Under the pieces are notes generated by a model. That model was not told the DNA's origin. It was given only the letters and a program-made list of their open reading frames with translations, and ran no database searches. DNA of 64,000 bases, from assembly GCF_001194135.2 (NCBI RefSeq), contig NC_068991.1, positions 47,652,785 to 47,716,784 on the forward strand, in the 5' to 3' direction. Made by a program: the position numbers and the translations under genes. The stretch comes from Octopus bimaculoides (taxonomy: Eukaryota). Positions 25,761 to 40,335 of this stretch are shown here, piece after piece (position 1 is the stretch's first letter; each line of letters opens with the position of its first letter).

Positions 25761-28700
25761 ATAGGTGGCAAGAATGATGGGGAATTACAATGGTAACAAC
25801 GATGAGCAGAGAAAGTGGATTAATGAAATGGAACCACAGAAAACTTACCAAGAAAGCTTTGAAATATTCTATGGTTGAAAGGAGAAGATTTTCCTGTTAA
25901 TTTACAGCCTTGAACCTGAAAGCAGTTGGACCACAGCATTGTGATTCTTGGAAACAGAATTTTGGTGCCGGCATTTTTTTTTTTTTTTGCTCACAAGACA
26001 ACAGGTGAAGGTGTTATTGAAAAAAAGTGCATGAGCTAAAAGAAGCTGAGTGAGAGGGAGGGAGGTAGTGGTGGTGATGGTGAGAGGTTGAAAAAGAAGA
26101 GAGGAAGGGAGGGGAACCATGACCAACCACAAAATAAAAAAATTGTAGCAAAAAAAACAACAAAAAAAAAAAAGAAAAATTCTTTTTAAAAATGCTGCAA
26201 CAACAATGATGATGACAACTGTAGTAACAACCACAACAAAAAAATCACAAAACTGGTAAAGCAGAACATTCTCTGAAATAAATTCTGAAGTAGGTTTGAA
26301 GCCTGTTAATCTCTGACCCCCACTCACCAAAAAAATCTCAAATATGTAGTAACATTCATGCCTTTTCTATCATGCATTAGTAAATTAAATGCTTCAGTTT
26401 CAAATGGTAATTGGAACCAGATTGTGGGACCAGTTTCTCAGGCAATTTAATGCTACATTCCTCTGATTACCATTTTTATTATTAGCACTGTTGTACCACT
26501 GAAGAATGAGTCTTTGGATTTTTGTGTAACAGACATTACCGGCAATAATATTAGAGTTCCTTTGTAGGTCCTCTTTAAATTAAGTTGTACTTTGTAGGGT
26601 ATTGTAGGATGAAACAATTCTTTCCCCTTTATAAACTTTAATTTTTTTGTGTGTTAGTTAGAATGGAAGACAACATCCATGATCATTTAAGGGCCCCTGA
26701 AATTGGTGGGAAGGAGGAAAAGAAGAAAGTATTCTAAAATTGGAGAGCTAGCCTGAATGCTTGCACCAAACAAAATTCTGCTAAAGTGACCCAAGGTGCC
26801 AGGTGATAGTGTTAAATTAAGTAACGGATTAAATCTATCACCCGGTAAGTCTGTCTAGCTCGTAGCAGGATTTAAACTCAGGACACAAAGAATCTGAACA
26901 AATACTACAATGCATTTGGTCTGATATTCTTACAATCTTACCACCTTAGATGGATACATGTTTATTGACACCGAAAGGATGACAGGCAAAGCTAGTCCTG
27001 GTGGGAATTGAACTCAGAGTGCAGTGAGTCAAAATAAATACTGTGAAACATTCTATAAAATGTTCTAAAGACTACCAATTCACTGTCTTAAATGAAAGGT
27101 GTCAAATACCTATCTCAAATGATTGATACTTATTGATATAAATGCAGTTTCTTATATAACCATGATGTCGGAGATTTTAAAGAGAAACCTGGACATCGAT
27201 AGATTAGTGAGTCATGTCTTTCCTAAAGATCCATTTGTGAAGTAAAGGATATAATTTTTACAAATAAACCAAGGCAGCTTGGGACTTAATTAGTCATGAA
27301 CAGTTTCCTGTAGTCTACTGTACAATGACAGCAATGTTGAAGGTCACATTTGTTGTATGTTAAAGGTTATTATAAGTCATACATATCTTTACTTTTTCAG
27401 CACAATTACTCAAAGTATTTAGTGTGACAAGGTTGGACTTTTAAATTATAGGTACAGTCCATCTGATGGGACTTGAGACATTTTCTGTCTACTAAATTTC
27501 ATTCACAAAGCATGGGTTGACCAGACGCTACGCAGTAGAATCTAACTTAAGTCTTTGGGACTGTGAAGCAAACTTCTTAACCATTTAGCCAGGCTGTGTT
27601 TATTTATCAAGCTGTGCCAATACTATATATATATTAAAGTTAGACAAGGCCGGTTTATGGGATTACCTTAGGTTTCAGGTCCATAAAGGGCTTAACTTTA
27701 TGGCATCTCATCAGATCCCAAAACCTGTTGGTTAAAGGCCTCTCTAGAGTATGAAGGAGGAAAGGACTCTATTACTCAATCTCTCTCTCTTTATATATAT
27801 GTATATATCCTTATTTGTTGGGTGCCCAGGACTTGAAAGCTCCCTTGCAATCTTTCTTACCAGCTGGTAGACCAGCATTAAGAGCTATCAGCTGACAAAT
27901 TTTAGCACATTTTTAAGGACTTTCCAATATATAAAATTATATAATGTATAAAATATATAATTATATATGATATATGGCATATATTAATAAATTTTGATAT
28001 TTAATTTATATATAAGGTTTGTTTTCTCTAGTTTTTTACTTTGTCTTTACCATCACGGCCAAGACCATGCTGGAGCATTGCCTTCTAATGTTTAGTGTTT
28101 ATTTTCAAAAGAAACATAAAATGCAATGCAAAGCTTCATGTTTCATTATGTATATTCATTAAAGATTTCCATTTTTTATACACATTTCAACATGATCTAA
28201 TAACATACAAACCAATTTAATACCAACTCAACCACAATGATGATCATCACTGCCACCGCTAGCAAACCTCAGGAACTTTTAATGGAATTTATTCTACGGC
28301 AAGCATTCAGATAGACATCCCTATACCATACCTTTGAAATTCCTTCTCCTTCTTCCTTTTTCTTACGCATATTCTTCAAACTAGGAATCAGGCATACCAA
28401 TCTAAAAACAACACAGCAAAGATCGATTTTCTGCCCCTTTCTCCCTTTTTTCACTAAATTTTGGAACACTTCCTCAATACAAATAAAAATTCCTGTTTAT
28501 ACATGAAGATTAAATTAATTTGTGTTTGTCAATTTCTTCACCTGTTAGCTATAGAAAGGGAATAAAAAATAACATTTATGTAAAATGAATTATTTCCATG
28601 TGCTTTCTATCAATGTCTACTATTAGATTTAATATAGGAGAAACTATGATAAACACAAATTTATATCAAGCAATAATGTGCTCCCTTGATGATCTGTTGT

Positions 28701-29411
28701 GGTTAAGCATCTGATTGCACAAGGAACATCCAATGCAGAGATTCTCGACAACCACAATAGTGAAACATATGTAGGAAACAAATGATCTAGGCTTGTGTTT
28801 AGCATAAATTCTCCTGCTTTTACTTTGTATATCATAACTAGTAATACTACTAAGTATAGTAAGAACCAAACTACTATCCAGAAACTAAAACAATAAGGAT
28901 AACTCAGCAGAATTTATTGGAGAACATAGGCAAACAAGTAAAGTTTTATTAGAAACATCAGGACACCAAAACACATACATACACACACATACTAATCTAT
29001 TCTTTGAACAATCTGAGTTTAATGATGACTATAACTATTGTTATTTTAGTGAGTATTAACGCAGAAAGGTTGTGAGGGGAGAGTGAACATAAAAGCAAAA
29101 CACGCACAAAGTTAAGCTTTAATGAAAACCTTACCAATAAACCCTTCACCATGTTTTTTTTTATAAAATAAAATTCTGTTATAATAAGATATTTGTATTA
29201 TCTGAATATTTACCTCCCAACTAAACATCAGTAGCTTTTTCACAGAAAGCTAATGAACTTTTATCTGCAAAAAATTAACAACCTATTTTACAAAGTGCAC
29301 ATGAATTTTATAATATTTATACTATACTATACTATAATATATATATATATAAAACATGTTATATAATATACTACATATATAAACTATACAAAATATATTT
29401 ATACATGTTGT

Positions 29412-29461
<50 letters not shown>

Positions 29462-29743
29462 TGCATGTTATATGTACGCATATGTATCCATATATACATA
29501 GATACATCTACACACATCTATATCTCCTTTATCCTTTGTAATCTGGAATTCTTTCTTATTACAGATTACTACAATGACATGATCTAAACCTACCTGCCTA
29601 TGTATCTATTTATGTATATATTGTATTGTATAGCATAGCCCATAGGTAATGCTACCATTTAGTATATACATATCTAATGATGCCATGACTTCTAAGCAAT
29701 CCTGTTTATATATTTCATTACTTAATACATATTATGTTACGTC

Positions 29744-30225
29744 ATCGTCGTTTAACGTCCGCTTTCCATGCTAGCATGGGTTGGACGATTTGACTGAGGA
29801 CTGGTGAAACCAGATGGCTACATCAGGCTCCAATCTGATTTGGCAGAGTTTCTACAACTGGATGCCCTTCCTAACGCCAACCACTCAGAGAGTGTAGTGG
29901 GTGCTTTTACGTGTCACCCGCACGNNNNNNNNNNCTGATTTGGCAGAGTTTCTACAACTGGATGCCCTTCCTAACGCCAACCACTCAGAGAGTGTAGTGG
30001 GTGCTTTTACGTGTCACCCGCACGAAGGCCAGTCAGGCGGTACTGGCAACGGCCACGCTCATCTCACTCGAAAAACCTCATGTGTCACCCGCACAAGAGC
30101 CAGTCCAGGGGCACCGGCAGCGATCTAGATTGAAAATCATACGACGGCCCCACACAAGAGCCAGTTCAGGGGCACTGGCAACGATCCTGCTCGAAAGATT
30201 TCATGTGTCGCCCGCACATGAGCCA
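29744..30225 (-). mobile_element. RTE 3' end copy with internal short repeats; partly duplicated across a 10-N gap
   Basis: Near-identical to 3538-3925. Confidence 0.8.
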
Positions 30226-32419
30226 GTAATAAATGATGTTTTATGTATTACACTAATAACTATATATATGATTGAAATTAGTAATAAATAAATTTACACA
30301 TAAAAGCCTTTCAGTTTTTCTACTGTTTGAGAATTTATTTATTAAGACAGAGATACCAAATTATCAAACATATATTTTGTTTAAATTTCAAGGGTCATGG
30401 GAATCTGCAAAAGCAGTAAAAACAAATTGATCTCTAACATAGGCACAAAGCTAGAAAATTGGGACAGAGGAGTTAGTTGATTATTTTGTTTAAATTTCAA
30501 GTGTACATGATTTCTATGTTTATATTTTGTAATACATCACAGCCATATTCTATCTTAATACATTAATTTGTAAATTTCTCTTCTCTATGAAATCATCCTT
30601 TTTATATACAACATTAGGTTGACATTAACAAAATGTGGTCATCACTTTTGTAGAGATTCAGGGATCAGTTAGGTATTTTTTGGAGGAAGGTGAGAATGAA
30701 AACAATAACAAAAATTACACTGACAACAATTATTACAACATCAAAAATACTTTATATATTTTGCATGAAACAAACCCCAACCTCTGCCTAAAAGAATTGT
30801 TTTGTTGTTAATCAAAGGAATGTTTTAAAATTATATTGAAAATTCAAAGCAGTCAGTTAAAATAGATGACATTTTATACAAAATCCAAAAAATAAAAAGA
30901 AAAAGAAAAGAAAACAAAGTTTAATCTTATTCAAAGCATACATACATGTTAACATGCATTTGAGCAAAGAAAATAAAAAAAAGTTAAAACATATTAAATT
31001 AGTAATTCTGAAATATTGCAGATTAAATATTATTTAGATTTATGAAACATTTTTTAAATGCTATGACAATTAATTAAAATGGTAAGTAATTAATAAATTT
31101 GATGAAACAATAGAATGGAAGCTAGACCAAAATATTTAATTCAATACCAAATTGGTCTGGATCTGGGTTACTAAAAAGAAAATCCAAGACTGAGAGGGTT
31201 GGAAAATATTGGTGAAAAAATATTTGTGTCCACAATGGTAAGTATACTATGGGATGAACTTTACCAGATACTCATTACTATAAATATTGCTTTTTGTCCA
31301 TTTTTTTTAACGACTCCTGTAAACCTTTCACTACCACTCCAAATGAGACCATTCCAGGTCCTTAGACAAGACCTTTCATTTTATACTGTCTATCATTTAT
31401 TGATCATCATCCTTATAATGTCTACTTTTCCATGCAGATGGAATTTGTTGAGGTATATTTTTTAAGGCCAGCTGCTCTTCCTGCCATCAACCTGCACCTT
31501 TTTCCAATCAAGGTAATATTTCCCCTCAGCCAGAGATCTTTCACTGTAATGCAAAGACAAGGAGCCACAAATACACATTCACTCACATGCACGCGCACGC
31601 AAACACACACACACACTGGGCTTCTTTTAGTTTCCTCCAACGAAACCCATTCACAAAGCTTAGGATGACCCAAGGCTATTATAGGAGAAGTACTATGCAG
31701 TGGGACTTCATATTAAATAATATAATTTATTAAATACATAATAAAATAAATAAATAAAAATAAGAAAAACATTAATTCATAGTGTTTTGCATTTCAAATA
31801 TTGAGGAAATAGATATTCAATAAAAACCAAGTGATTTCTAACTTTGGCATGTTGCTGCTCCAAAATGTTCAAGGTGTGTGTGTGTGTGTGTGTGTGTGTG
31901 CGAAAATTATTTGGCTTTACTATATGACTACAGGGGCCAAAGATAACAAATTTAAGATAAATCTCAGCAGTGTTTGAACTTAGAAATACACTAAATAGAC
32001 GAAACTAAATCCTTCAAGACATTTGGTCAGGTGCTCTACTGATCCTGCCAGATATTCCACTCTTTTATGTACCAATAATAGTGATTTCTGGTGGGTATGT
32101 GGGTATTTTGAAAATATGCCTCATGGAATGACAACTGTGCTTAGCATAGTTATGGGTTGCCCTTTGGCAAGGTATAGCCCCCATTCAGCCACCATACCAG
32201 GATATAGCAAAGTCATGGGATTGCAGTATGGTAGATTGTGAAGAGATCGCAGAAGAGCTCAACTGTGCCAGCAGTGCTTCTTACATTGATGCTGAATAGA
32301 GGAATCCTAGAAGATCAACGGACAAGTTCATCAAGTTCTATCAAGAGAGTAACTGCATCCTAGGTTGTGGAATCAGTCAATGAAAGATTCACCATGACTC
32401 AAGCTCTCAATTCAGATTC

Positions 32420-33750
32420 ATAATAATGAAACTGGATAGCAACAGAGGGTCATGGGAATCTGCAAAAGCAGTGAAAAAAAAATAATTGATTTCTAACATG
32501 GGCACAAAGCTAGAAAATTGGGACAGAGGGGGGTTAGTTGATTATTTCATCCCCAGGACTTAATTGCTATTTTATTGACCCTGAAATGATGAAAGATAAA
32601 GAAGTCCTTGGCAGGATTTGAACTCAGAATGTAAAGAGCCAGAACAAATAATAAAACTGGTTTTAAATTTTGGTGTAAAGCCAGCAATCTTAGTGAAAGG
32701 GGATTAGTCAATTACATCAACCCCAATATTTAACTGAAATTTTGTTTTATTGACCCTGAAAGGATGAAAGGCAATGTTAACCTCAAGGGATTTGAACTTA
32801 GAATGTAAGGAGCCAGAACAAATACTGCAAAGCAATTTTTCTGATGCTTTAATAATCCTCCCAATATAAGCAATAAATAATCTCTGATCACAAGGAGGAG
32901 TAGTGGGGCAACATTATAGCCATGTGTTCAGAAGAACTCTTTGAGGTTTCAATAATTCAACTCTGAAAACGTGGGTCTTTCATTCATAAATAACTTTTAT
33001 TCAGGGACTGAGCTTACACAGCCTGAAGAAAATTCTAACAGGGCCCCCACCAGCATGTTGTGCACATATGGTTGTGATGCATGTGCATGGTGTACTCTTA
33101 TCAGATGGGTAACCATGATGGGTATATTGGGATTTGTATATTTGTAGCCCAGTGTCACTTTGACAGCATGTGCTGCTCTTTCACTTAATAGTAGTAGTAA
33201 TAATAATAATAATAGTAATAGCTTCAAATTTTGGCACAAGGCCAGGAATTTGGGGGGAGAGGAGTAAGTCGATTACATGGACCCCAGTGTTCAACTGGTA
33301 TTTATTTTATCAACCCTGAAAGAATGAAAGGCAAAGTCAACCTTGGCAGAACTTGGACTCAAAATGCTAAGGAACAAGGCCTGAAATTTGGGGAAAGGGA
33401 TTAAGTTGATTACATCAACCCCAGTGCATAACTGGTACTTAGTTAATTGATCATGAAAGGGTGAAAGTCAAAGTCAACCTCGGCAGAATTTGAACTAAGA
33501 ATGTAAGGATGGACGAAATGTCAAGAAGCATTTTGCCTGGTATGCTAATGACTCAGCCAGCTCGCTGCTTTGATGATGATAATAATAATGGTTTCAAATT
33601 TTGGCACAAGGCCAGCAAGTTCAGGGGAAGGGGATAAGTTGATTACATCGACCCCAGTGCTCGACTGGTACTTATTGTCGACTTCAAAAGGATGAAAGGC
33701 AAAATTTTGCCCAATGCATTCATGATTCTGCTAGCTCATTACCTTAATAA
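32420..33750 (-). mobile_element. Cluster of about 5 co-oriented SINE family C copies separated by (AAT)n/(GAT)n
   Basis: Repeated ttcaaattttggcacaaggccag...gattacatc.acccca.tg...gaaaggcaaagtcaacc..ggcagaatttgaact. Confidence 0.8.
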
Positions 33751-34384
33751 CAATAAAAAAAATTTTTTTTGTATAATTAGGACCACATTTCCCCAACAAA
33801 CCTAGTCAAGAGGACATTTTTGTCTTAAAAACAAAACAAAAAACAAAACAGTATTTGGCTATGCAATGAATATCCCTTTTCCACCACTCCATACTACCAA
33901 TCTTGAGACATACAAGAGACAGGCAAGGGCTAACACAGCTTGGCACAAGTGCAGAAGCTGGCAAATTTAGAATCAGTGATGAAGTAACGATTCTCAGTAT
34001 CTGGGGACCAAGGCATAATGATCAAGAAGAAGAAATTTTGAGTTCTTTCACACTTTCCTTGTCTAACACCATAGTTAGAGACTTCCTTCTCTGACACATT
34101 TTACAAAGTATTTTATTCAATAATGCAACAATTCTGCCAACCTTCCTGCAATGAACTGGTCTGTATTTTATTTTAGTCAACACAAACGGGTAGAAAAAAA
34201 CTCAGAAAACCAAAGAGAAAAAAAAAAGAAAGAAAAAGAAATCCTTGACTTTGGGGTGATTTGAAGTCAGAATGAGCATAAAGAACTGAAAAAAATACTG
34301 TAAGGCATTTTGTCCAATGGTCTAACAATTTTGCCAGTCTCCTCTACTACATTCATAAAAACAAATATTTAAATATACATATAT

Positions 34385-35279
34385 AAGGTGGTATCAAAAA
34401 GTTCCTGGACTAGTTCTGTAATGCACCAACAGATGGCAGCACATAGTTGTGTGTGCAGTGAGAGCTAGCAGTGACGTTTATGAGGCAGTGTGCTAAGTGA
34501 CATCACAGTGTTTACTTAACAAGTTGTGAAATTTGTATTTTTGTGATCACATGTATGCAGTAGTCTGTGATTTTATCATGGACAGGAACAAAGTGCCAAT
34601 GCAAAATTTTGTGTTAAACTTAGGGAGTCTACTACAGAGAGATTGAGCATGTTTCGGCAATGGGTCATATGCAATATTTCGAGTGGCATGGGGGTTTCAA
34701 AAGTGGAAGAACATTCCTGGAAGATGATTAGCAATCTAGAAGATCTGCCACAAGTGTCACTCCTGGAAACGTGGTATTGTGCATCAAAAATTTGTCCCCC
34801 AGAGTCAGACTGTCAATTGAGAGTTCTACAGTGATGTCTTGAAGTGTTTGAGGGAGGATATTTGGCGAAAGTGATCAGATCTGTGGAGTGCGAAAAATTG
34901 GAGTCTTCAATATGACATTGCATCCTTTCACTGCGCTCTCCTCACTTGTGGGTTTCTCACCGAAAACAACCTGGTATCACTTCCGCACCTGCCCCATTTG
35001 CCAGATTTAGCACCTGCAGACTTCCATCTCTTCTCCAAGATGAAAATGCAGCTCAAAGGTTGCATTTTTAACACCATTGTCAAGATCCAGAGTGAATCAC
35101 AGACGGTCCCTGACTCATGGAAAATTACCAAGACACTGAATTTCAAAAGTGGCAGGAATGTTGGGACTGGTTTATTGCTGTACAATGCGACTATTTTGGA
35201 GGAAATTATATCAAGACTTAGGTAAATAAGCTATTTTTTATTAAATATAACTAGTCCAAGAATCTTTTGATACTACCTG
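34385..35279 (+). mobile_element. Internally deleted mariner (DD34D-type) element
   Basis: TIRs aaggtggtatcaaaaagttcctggactag / ctagtccaagaatcttttgatactacct; transposase remnants KFCVKLG.S.TET and PDLAPADFHLFSKMKMQLKG. Confidence 0.88.
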
Positions 35280-35790
35280 CTCACAGATGTATCACCTGAG
35301 AATTAATAAACCTGTTTATAAAAGCATCACTCGAGGATTAATTAGTATATGGTTATGTCTTCTCACAGAAATGTTACCTGAGAATTAACATACCTGTTCA
35401 TAGAAGTATCACCTGAGATTTAATTTTAGAAGATAGCTATGTGTTCTCATAGAAATGTTATCTGAGTATTAATATACCAGTTCACAGAATTATCACCTGA
35501 CAATTAATTTCTTACAGAAATATTACCTGAAGATTTAGATAGTTGTTTACAGGAATATCTCCTGAAAATTTGTTAGTAAATAACTATACCTGCTTACAAA
35601 ATTATCACCTGAGTATTTGTTAGTAGTTAACTTATACTTGCTCACAAAAATATTACCTGGAGATTCATATACATTCTTAGAGAAAACTGGTTGAGACTTC
35701 CTATACATTTTCAGTGGAACATCACCTGAAAAATTTTTGGTAAATAACTATACCTGCTCACTGGAGTTTATTGCCTGAAGAGTTATTAGA
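35280..35790. repeat. Degenerate minisatellite (about 33-35 bp unit) abutting the mariner right TIR
   Basis: Recurrent (a/t)tcacctgaga(a/g)ttaat...acct(g)ttcacagaa. Confidence 0.75.
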
Positions 35791-36049
35791 CAACTAAACT
35801 TAAAATTAAACTAAATATTAAAATTATACAGGAAAGGTCTTGATTTGGGATATGTTTGTATGTTGTGTAATGAAGAAAGAGGATGTAATGTTTTAGGATT
35901 GAGAGAGGGAGAGAGAGAGAGAGGGGGGAGAGGGAGAGAGAGAGGGAGGGAGAGAGGGAGAGGGAGAGGGATAAAGCGAGAACAATGTTGATAACTAATA
36001 TCAGACAAAGGAGGAGTCATAAACTATCACAACTATTTTTATTACTAGG

Positions 36050-36720
36050 ATGGCAAGCTTGGTAGAATTGTCAGTGCATTGGACAAAATGCTGGGTGGCA
36101 TTTCTTCTAATTCTTCATGTTCTGAGTTCATATTAAGCTGAGGTCGATTTTGCCTTTTATCCTTTCAGGCTCAATAAAATAAGTACCAACTGAGCTCCAG
36201 GAACAATATAATCAACTTAGTCCCCAGCTCTAAAGTTGCTGTCTTTGTGTCAAAATTTGAAACCATTATTACTATTAGAATTAAGTGTCAAGTTGGTAGA
36301 ATCATTAGCATGCCAGACAAAATGCTTAGTGGCATTTCTTTTGTTTCCTTATGTTCTGGGTTCAAATTCCATTGAGACTGACTTTGCCTTTCATCCTAGA
36401 TAAAATAAACACCAATTGAGTACTAGGGTTGATGTAATCATCTAGCCCCCTTCCCCAGAAGTTCTGGCCTTGTACCTATAATAGAAAGGATTATTATAAT
36501 TAAGGTGGTGAGTTGGCAAAATTGCTAGTATGTTACAAAATGTGAAGTGGCATATCTTCTGGCTCTTTAACTTCTGAGTTCAAACCCCATTGAAGTCAGC
36601 TTTACTTCATCCTTTTGGAGGTTGCTAAATACAGTACCAGTCAAGTAATTGGGTCAATGTAATCAACTAATCCCACCCACTAAATTTTGCTGACCTTGCA
36701 TCAACATTTGAACCCATAAT
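36050..36720 (+). mobile_element. Three head-to-tail SINE family C copies (opposite orientation to 32420-33750)
   Basis: Each begins gg(c/t)..g(c/t)tgg(t/c)a(g/a)aat..t.ag, contains ttctgagttca and ctttcatcc, ends aaatttgaa(a/c)cc(a)ttattatt. Confidence 0.8.
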
Positions 36721-37416
36721 TATCATTATTATCATTACTTCATTCTATTTTATGTTTATTTGTATGATATCAGAGTAGACATGTTTGTAAATAAATAAAT
36801 GTGTGTATGTTAAGTTACAAACTTAGTCAAAGATACATTGTTTCAGTACATTGGTAAACAAATATTATAGAGTATTGTATATCATACATTATATATATCA
36901 CACATGATCATGTGACCGATCAGACTGTCAGGTGTTGTTATACATCGTTGGTCACAATGCACTTTTGCATTGTTTAAGCCTTCAAATGATGCCACCCTGC
37001 TGGCCAGGTGAGCAGGCTAACATTTCCCCTGATCAAAGGGGGACAGGTGCAATGTGAAATGAAGTGTTTTGCTCAAGAACACAATGCACCACCCAGTCAG
37101 GGAATTGAACCCACAATCTACAGATCGTGAGTGCAACGGCCTAACCACTATATATATAAAACAAGGGATAGAAATGGAAAATGGAATACACGGGAAATTT
37201 TATTGCTCACAACAATTGTTTCGACACATCTTGCATCGATCCCTCATGGGTGGAAAACTTAACAACTAGCATCCCTTGGTGCAGAAGCAATTACACAATT
37301 GTATAATTATTGTGGATAATGCCAGGTAGCCATAAGTAGTGAACATGCTTTATTGGCGTACTACTAGGAACATACCTAAATACTTAAATATTGATTTACA
37401 TACATACATACATATA

Positions 37417-37604
37417 CTCTTTTACTCATTTCAGTCATTTGACTGCAGCCATGCTGGAGCACCACCTTCAGTCGAGCAAATCGACCCCAGGACTTATTCT
37501 TTGTAAGCCCAGTACTTATTCTGTCGGTCTCTTTTGCTGAACCGCTAACTTACGGGGGACGTAAACAAACCAGCATCGGTTGTCAAGCGATGTTGGGGGG
37601 ACAA
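37417..37604 (-). mobile_element. SINE family A, 3' half (rest lost in gap)
   Basis: Near-identical to 6823-7020. Confidence 0.8.
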
Positions 37605-38485
37605 NNNNNNNNNNNNNNNNNNNNNNNNNNNNNNNNNNNNNNNNNNNNNNNNNNNNNNNNNNNNNNNNNNNNNNNNNNNNNNNNNNNNNNNNNNNNNNNN
37701 NNNNNNNNNNNNNNNNNNNNNNNNNNNNNNNNNNNNNNNNNNNNNNNNNNNNNNNNNNNNNNNNNNNNNNNNNNNNNNNNNNNNNNNNNNNNNNNNNNNN
37801 NNNNNNNNNNNNNNNNNNNNNNNNNNNNNNNNNNNNNNNNNNNNNNNNNNNNNNNNNNNNNNNNNNNNNNNNNNNNNNNNNNNNNNNNNNNNNNNNNNNN
37901 NNNNNNNNNNNNNNNNNNNNNNNNNNNNNNNNNNNNNNNNNNNNNNNNNNNNNNNNNNNNNNNNNNNNNNNNNNNNNNNNNNNNNNNNNNNNNNNNNNNN
38001 NNNNNNNNNNNNNNNNNNNNNNNNNNNNNNNNNNNNNNNNNNNNNNNNNNNNNNNNNNNNNNNNNNNNNNNNNNNNNNNNNNNNNNNNNNNNNNNNNNNN
38101 NNNNNCCACTTGGCTGAAACACATAAATAAATAAATAAATAAATAAATAAAAATATATATATGCACACACACACATGTTGGCAGAAATATCCTGAGGTGT
38201 TTGTTTTGACTTGGCGCATTTTGAGTTCAAATCCTTTCATCCTTTTGATGTCAATAAACTACGGTACCAGTCTATATACTGAGGTCAACAGAATTGACTA
38301 CCCCTCACTCTCCTCAAAATTGTACCAAAATCAGAAGCCATTATATATGACCTGTACTGTAGTATTTATATATCTATGTTGTCCTCAGTGCCAAATTTAT
38401 AGGGTGTATGTGTGTGTGTGTGCGTATGTATTAGATACCTTTACATCATGATGCAAAGGCATCTAACAAAATATAAAAAAAGGTT

Positions 38486-38578
38486 ACATCATAACATTCT
38501 TGCATAGGTTCTTTAGCTTGTTTTAACCAAGCACAGCTAAGGCCAAGCTAGAGCACTATCATCAATATATATATGTGT

Positions 38579-38611
<33 letters not shown>

Positions 38612-38785
38612 CATACATACATACATACATACATACATACCATTAAAACTATGAGAAAACATTGGCTTTCACATCATAACATTTTCGTGCATGTTCTTTA
38701 GCTTGTTTTAGCAAGTACAGCCAAGGCCATGCTACAGCACTACTGTCTATATGGACACCATTAAAACTGTGAGAAAACAGTGGCT
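38486..38785. repeat. Local direct duplication (about 120 bp unit); first copy is interrupted by (TA)n(TACA)n
   Basis: acatcataacatt..tgcat.gttctttagcttgtttta..caag.acagc.aaggcca.gcta.agcacta ... accattaaaact.tgagaaaaca.tggct occurs twice. Confidence 0.8.
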
Positions 38786-39437
38786 GTGTAACTGAATGGA
38801 ACTTTTTTTTTTTAAATGGCAAAGAATGAAGAAATGAGGAATTATGCTAACTTTTATAAAAATTGAAACAGAAAAGGTAAGAAAAAATGCTGAGGTAAAC
38901 GTGATCTATATCAATTACTATTACATTTCCCCTTCTCTCCATTCTATAATTGTTTCCAGGGGATATAGCTGGTACTGTACCTTGGCAACATACAGTGAGA
39001 GGGGTGTCAAAGTAATAAAGAAGTTGGTGGGATTAGATCCGAGGATGAAGTAGAACCTACAGGAAGCAGAGGGATCAGGTTAGTGGTTGGAAAGGGATGC
39101 CAAAAAATAAATTTACAAAACAAACAAAAATTAAATATAGCCTAAAGAAAAAGGATTAGTGAAAAAATAGTGGGGTTAGTAATTAATAAAAAAAAAGATA
39201 GCAAACACAAAAATGGGACACAAAAAGATTTATGATGAAGTTTGTAGATACAGTCATGGTGGTGGAATTGAATTGATAAATCCAGACAGACAGGGAAGAT
39301 AAATAAAATGAAACTCTGGAAATGAAAAACAGCGGAAAATCTGAGTAGATTCGTTATAAGGAAACTAGTGATTTGGTATGTTATCTATTTATTGCTTATC
39401 CAGCTTTTGAATAAAATCAATATTTATTGTATTGAAC

Positions 39438-39489
<52 letters not shown>

Positions 39490-39493
39490 TATA

Positions 39494-39725
39494 TTACTCT
39501 TTTTATTTGTTTCAGTCATTTGACTGTTGCCATGCTGGAGCACCGACTTTAGTCGAAGAAATCAACCCCAGGACTTATTCATTGTAAGCCTGGTACTTAT
39601 TCTATCGGTCTCTTTTGCCGAACCGCTAGATTATGGGGACGTAAACACACCAGCATCGGTTGTCAAGCGATGTTGGGGGACAAACACAGACACACAAACA
39701 TATACACACATATACATATATATAC

Positions 39726-39762
<37 letters not shown>

Positions 39763-39931
39763 CATATATACGACGGGCTTCTTTCAATTTCCATCTACCA
39801 AATCCACTCACAAGGCTTTGGTTGGCCTGAGGCTATAGTAGAAGACACTTGCCCAAGGTGTCACCAGTGGGACTGAACCCAGAACCATGTGGTTGGTAAG
39901 CAAGCTACGTACCACACAGCCACTCCTGTGC
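39494..39931 (-). mobile_element. SINE family A, full length
   Basis: Minus-strand head ggcacaggagtggctgtgtggta...ggttcagtcccac; complete tail. Confidence 0.88.
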
Positions 39932-39959
39932 CTATGTATATGTCTATATATATATATAT

Positions 39960-40335
39960 ATCATCATCATCCTTTAACGTCTGCTTTCTATGCAGGGATG
40001 GGTTGGATGGTTTTAATAGGAGCTGACAAGCTGAAGGGCTGTTTAGGTTCCCTGTCTGACTTGGCATGGTTTCTACAGCTGGATGCTATTTCTTAACATC
40101 AACCACTTTGCAGAATGTACTGGATGCTTTTATGCAGCACCAGCACAGGTGCTTTTTATGTGGGCACCAGTGCCTATGAGCCCGCAAGATTAGGGATGCC
40201 CAGCTGGAGAGGGTTGCAGGGGATGAGCCTCTATGCAAGGGCAACCATACTTTTACTTAGCTTGACATGTCTTTATACACACACACAATCAAGTTGTGGA
40301 TTAACAATGCATCGTCACTACACAAATAAAGAATA
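39960..40335 (-). mobile_element. RTE LINE 3' UTR fragment
   Basis: Reverse complement of the sequence following the RTE ORF at 61290-61575. Confidence 0.7.

Noticed and set aside
33900-34095. Minus-strand frame with GVRQG after a possible acceptor; + strand 63-aa ORF
   Set aside because: No further RT motifs, no donor, and no similarity to the coiled-coil gene; likely chance
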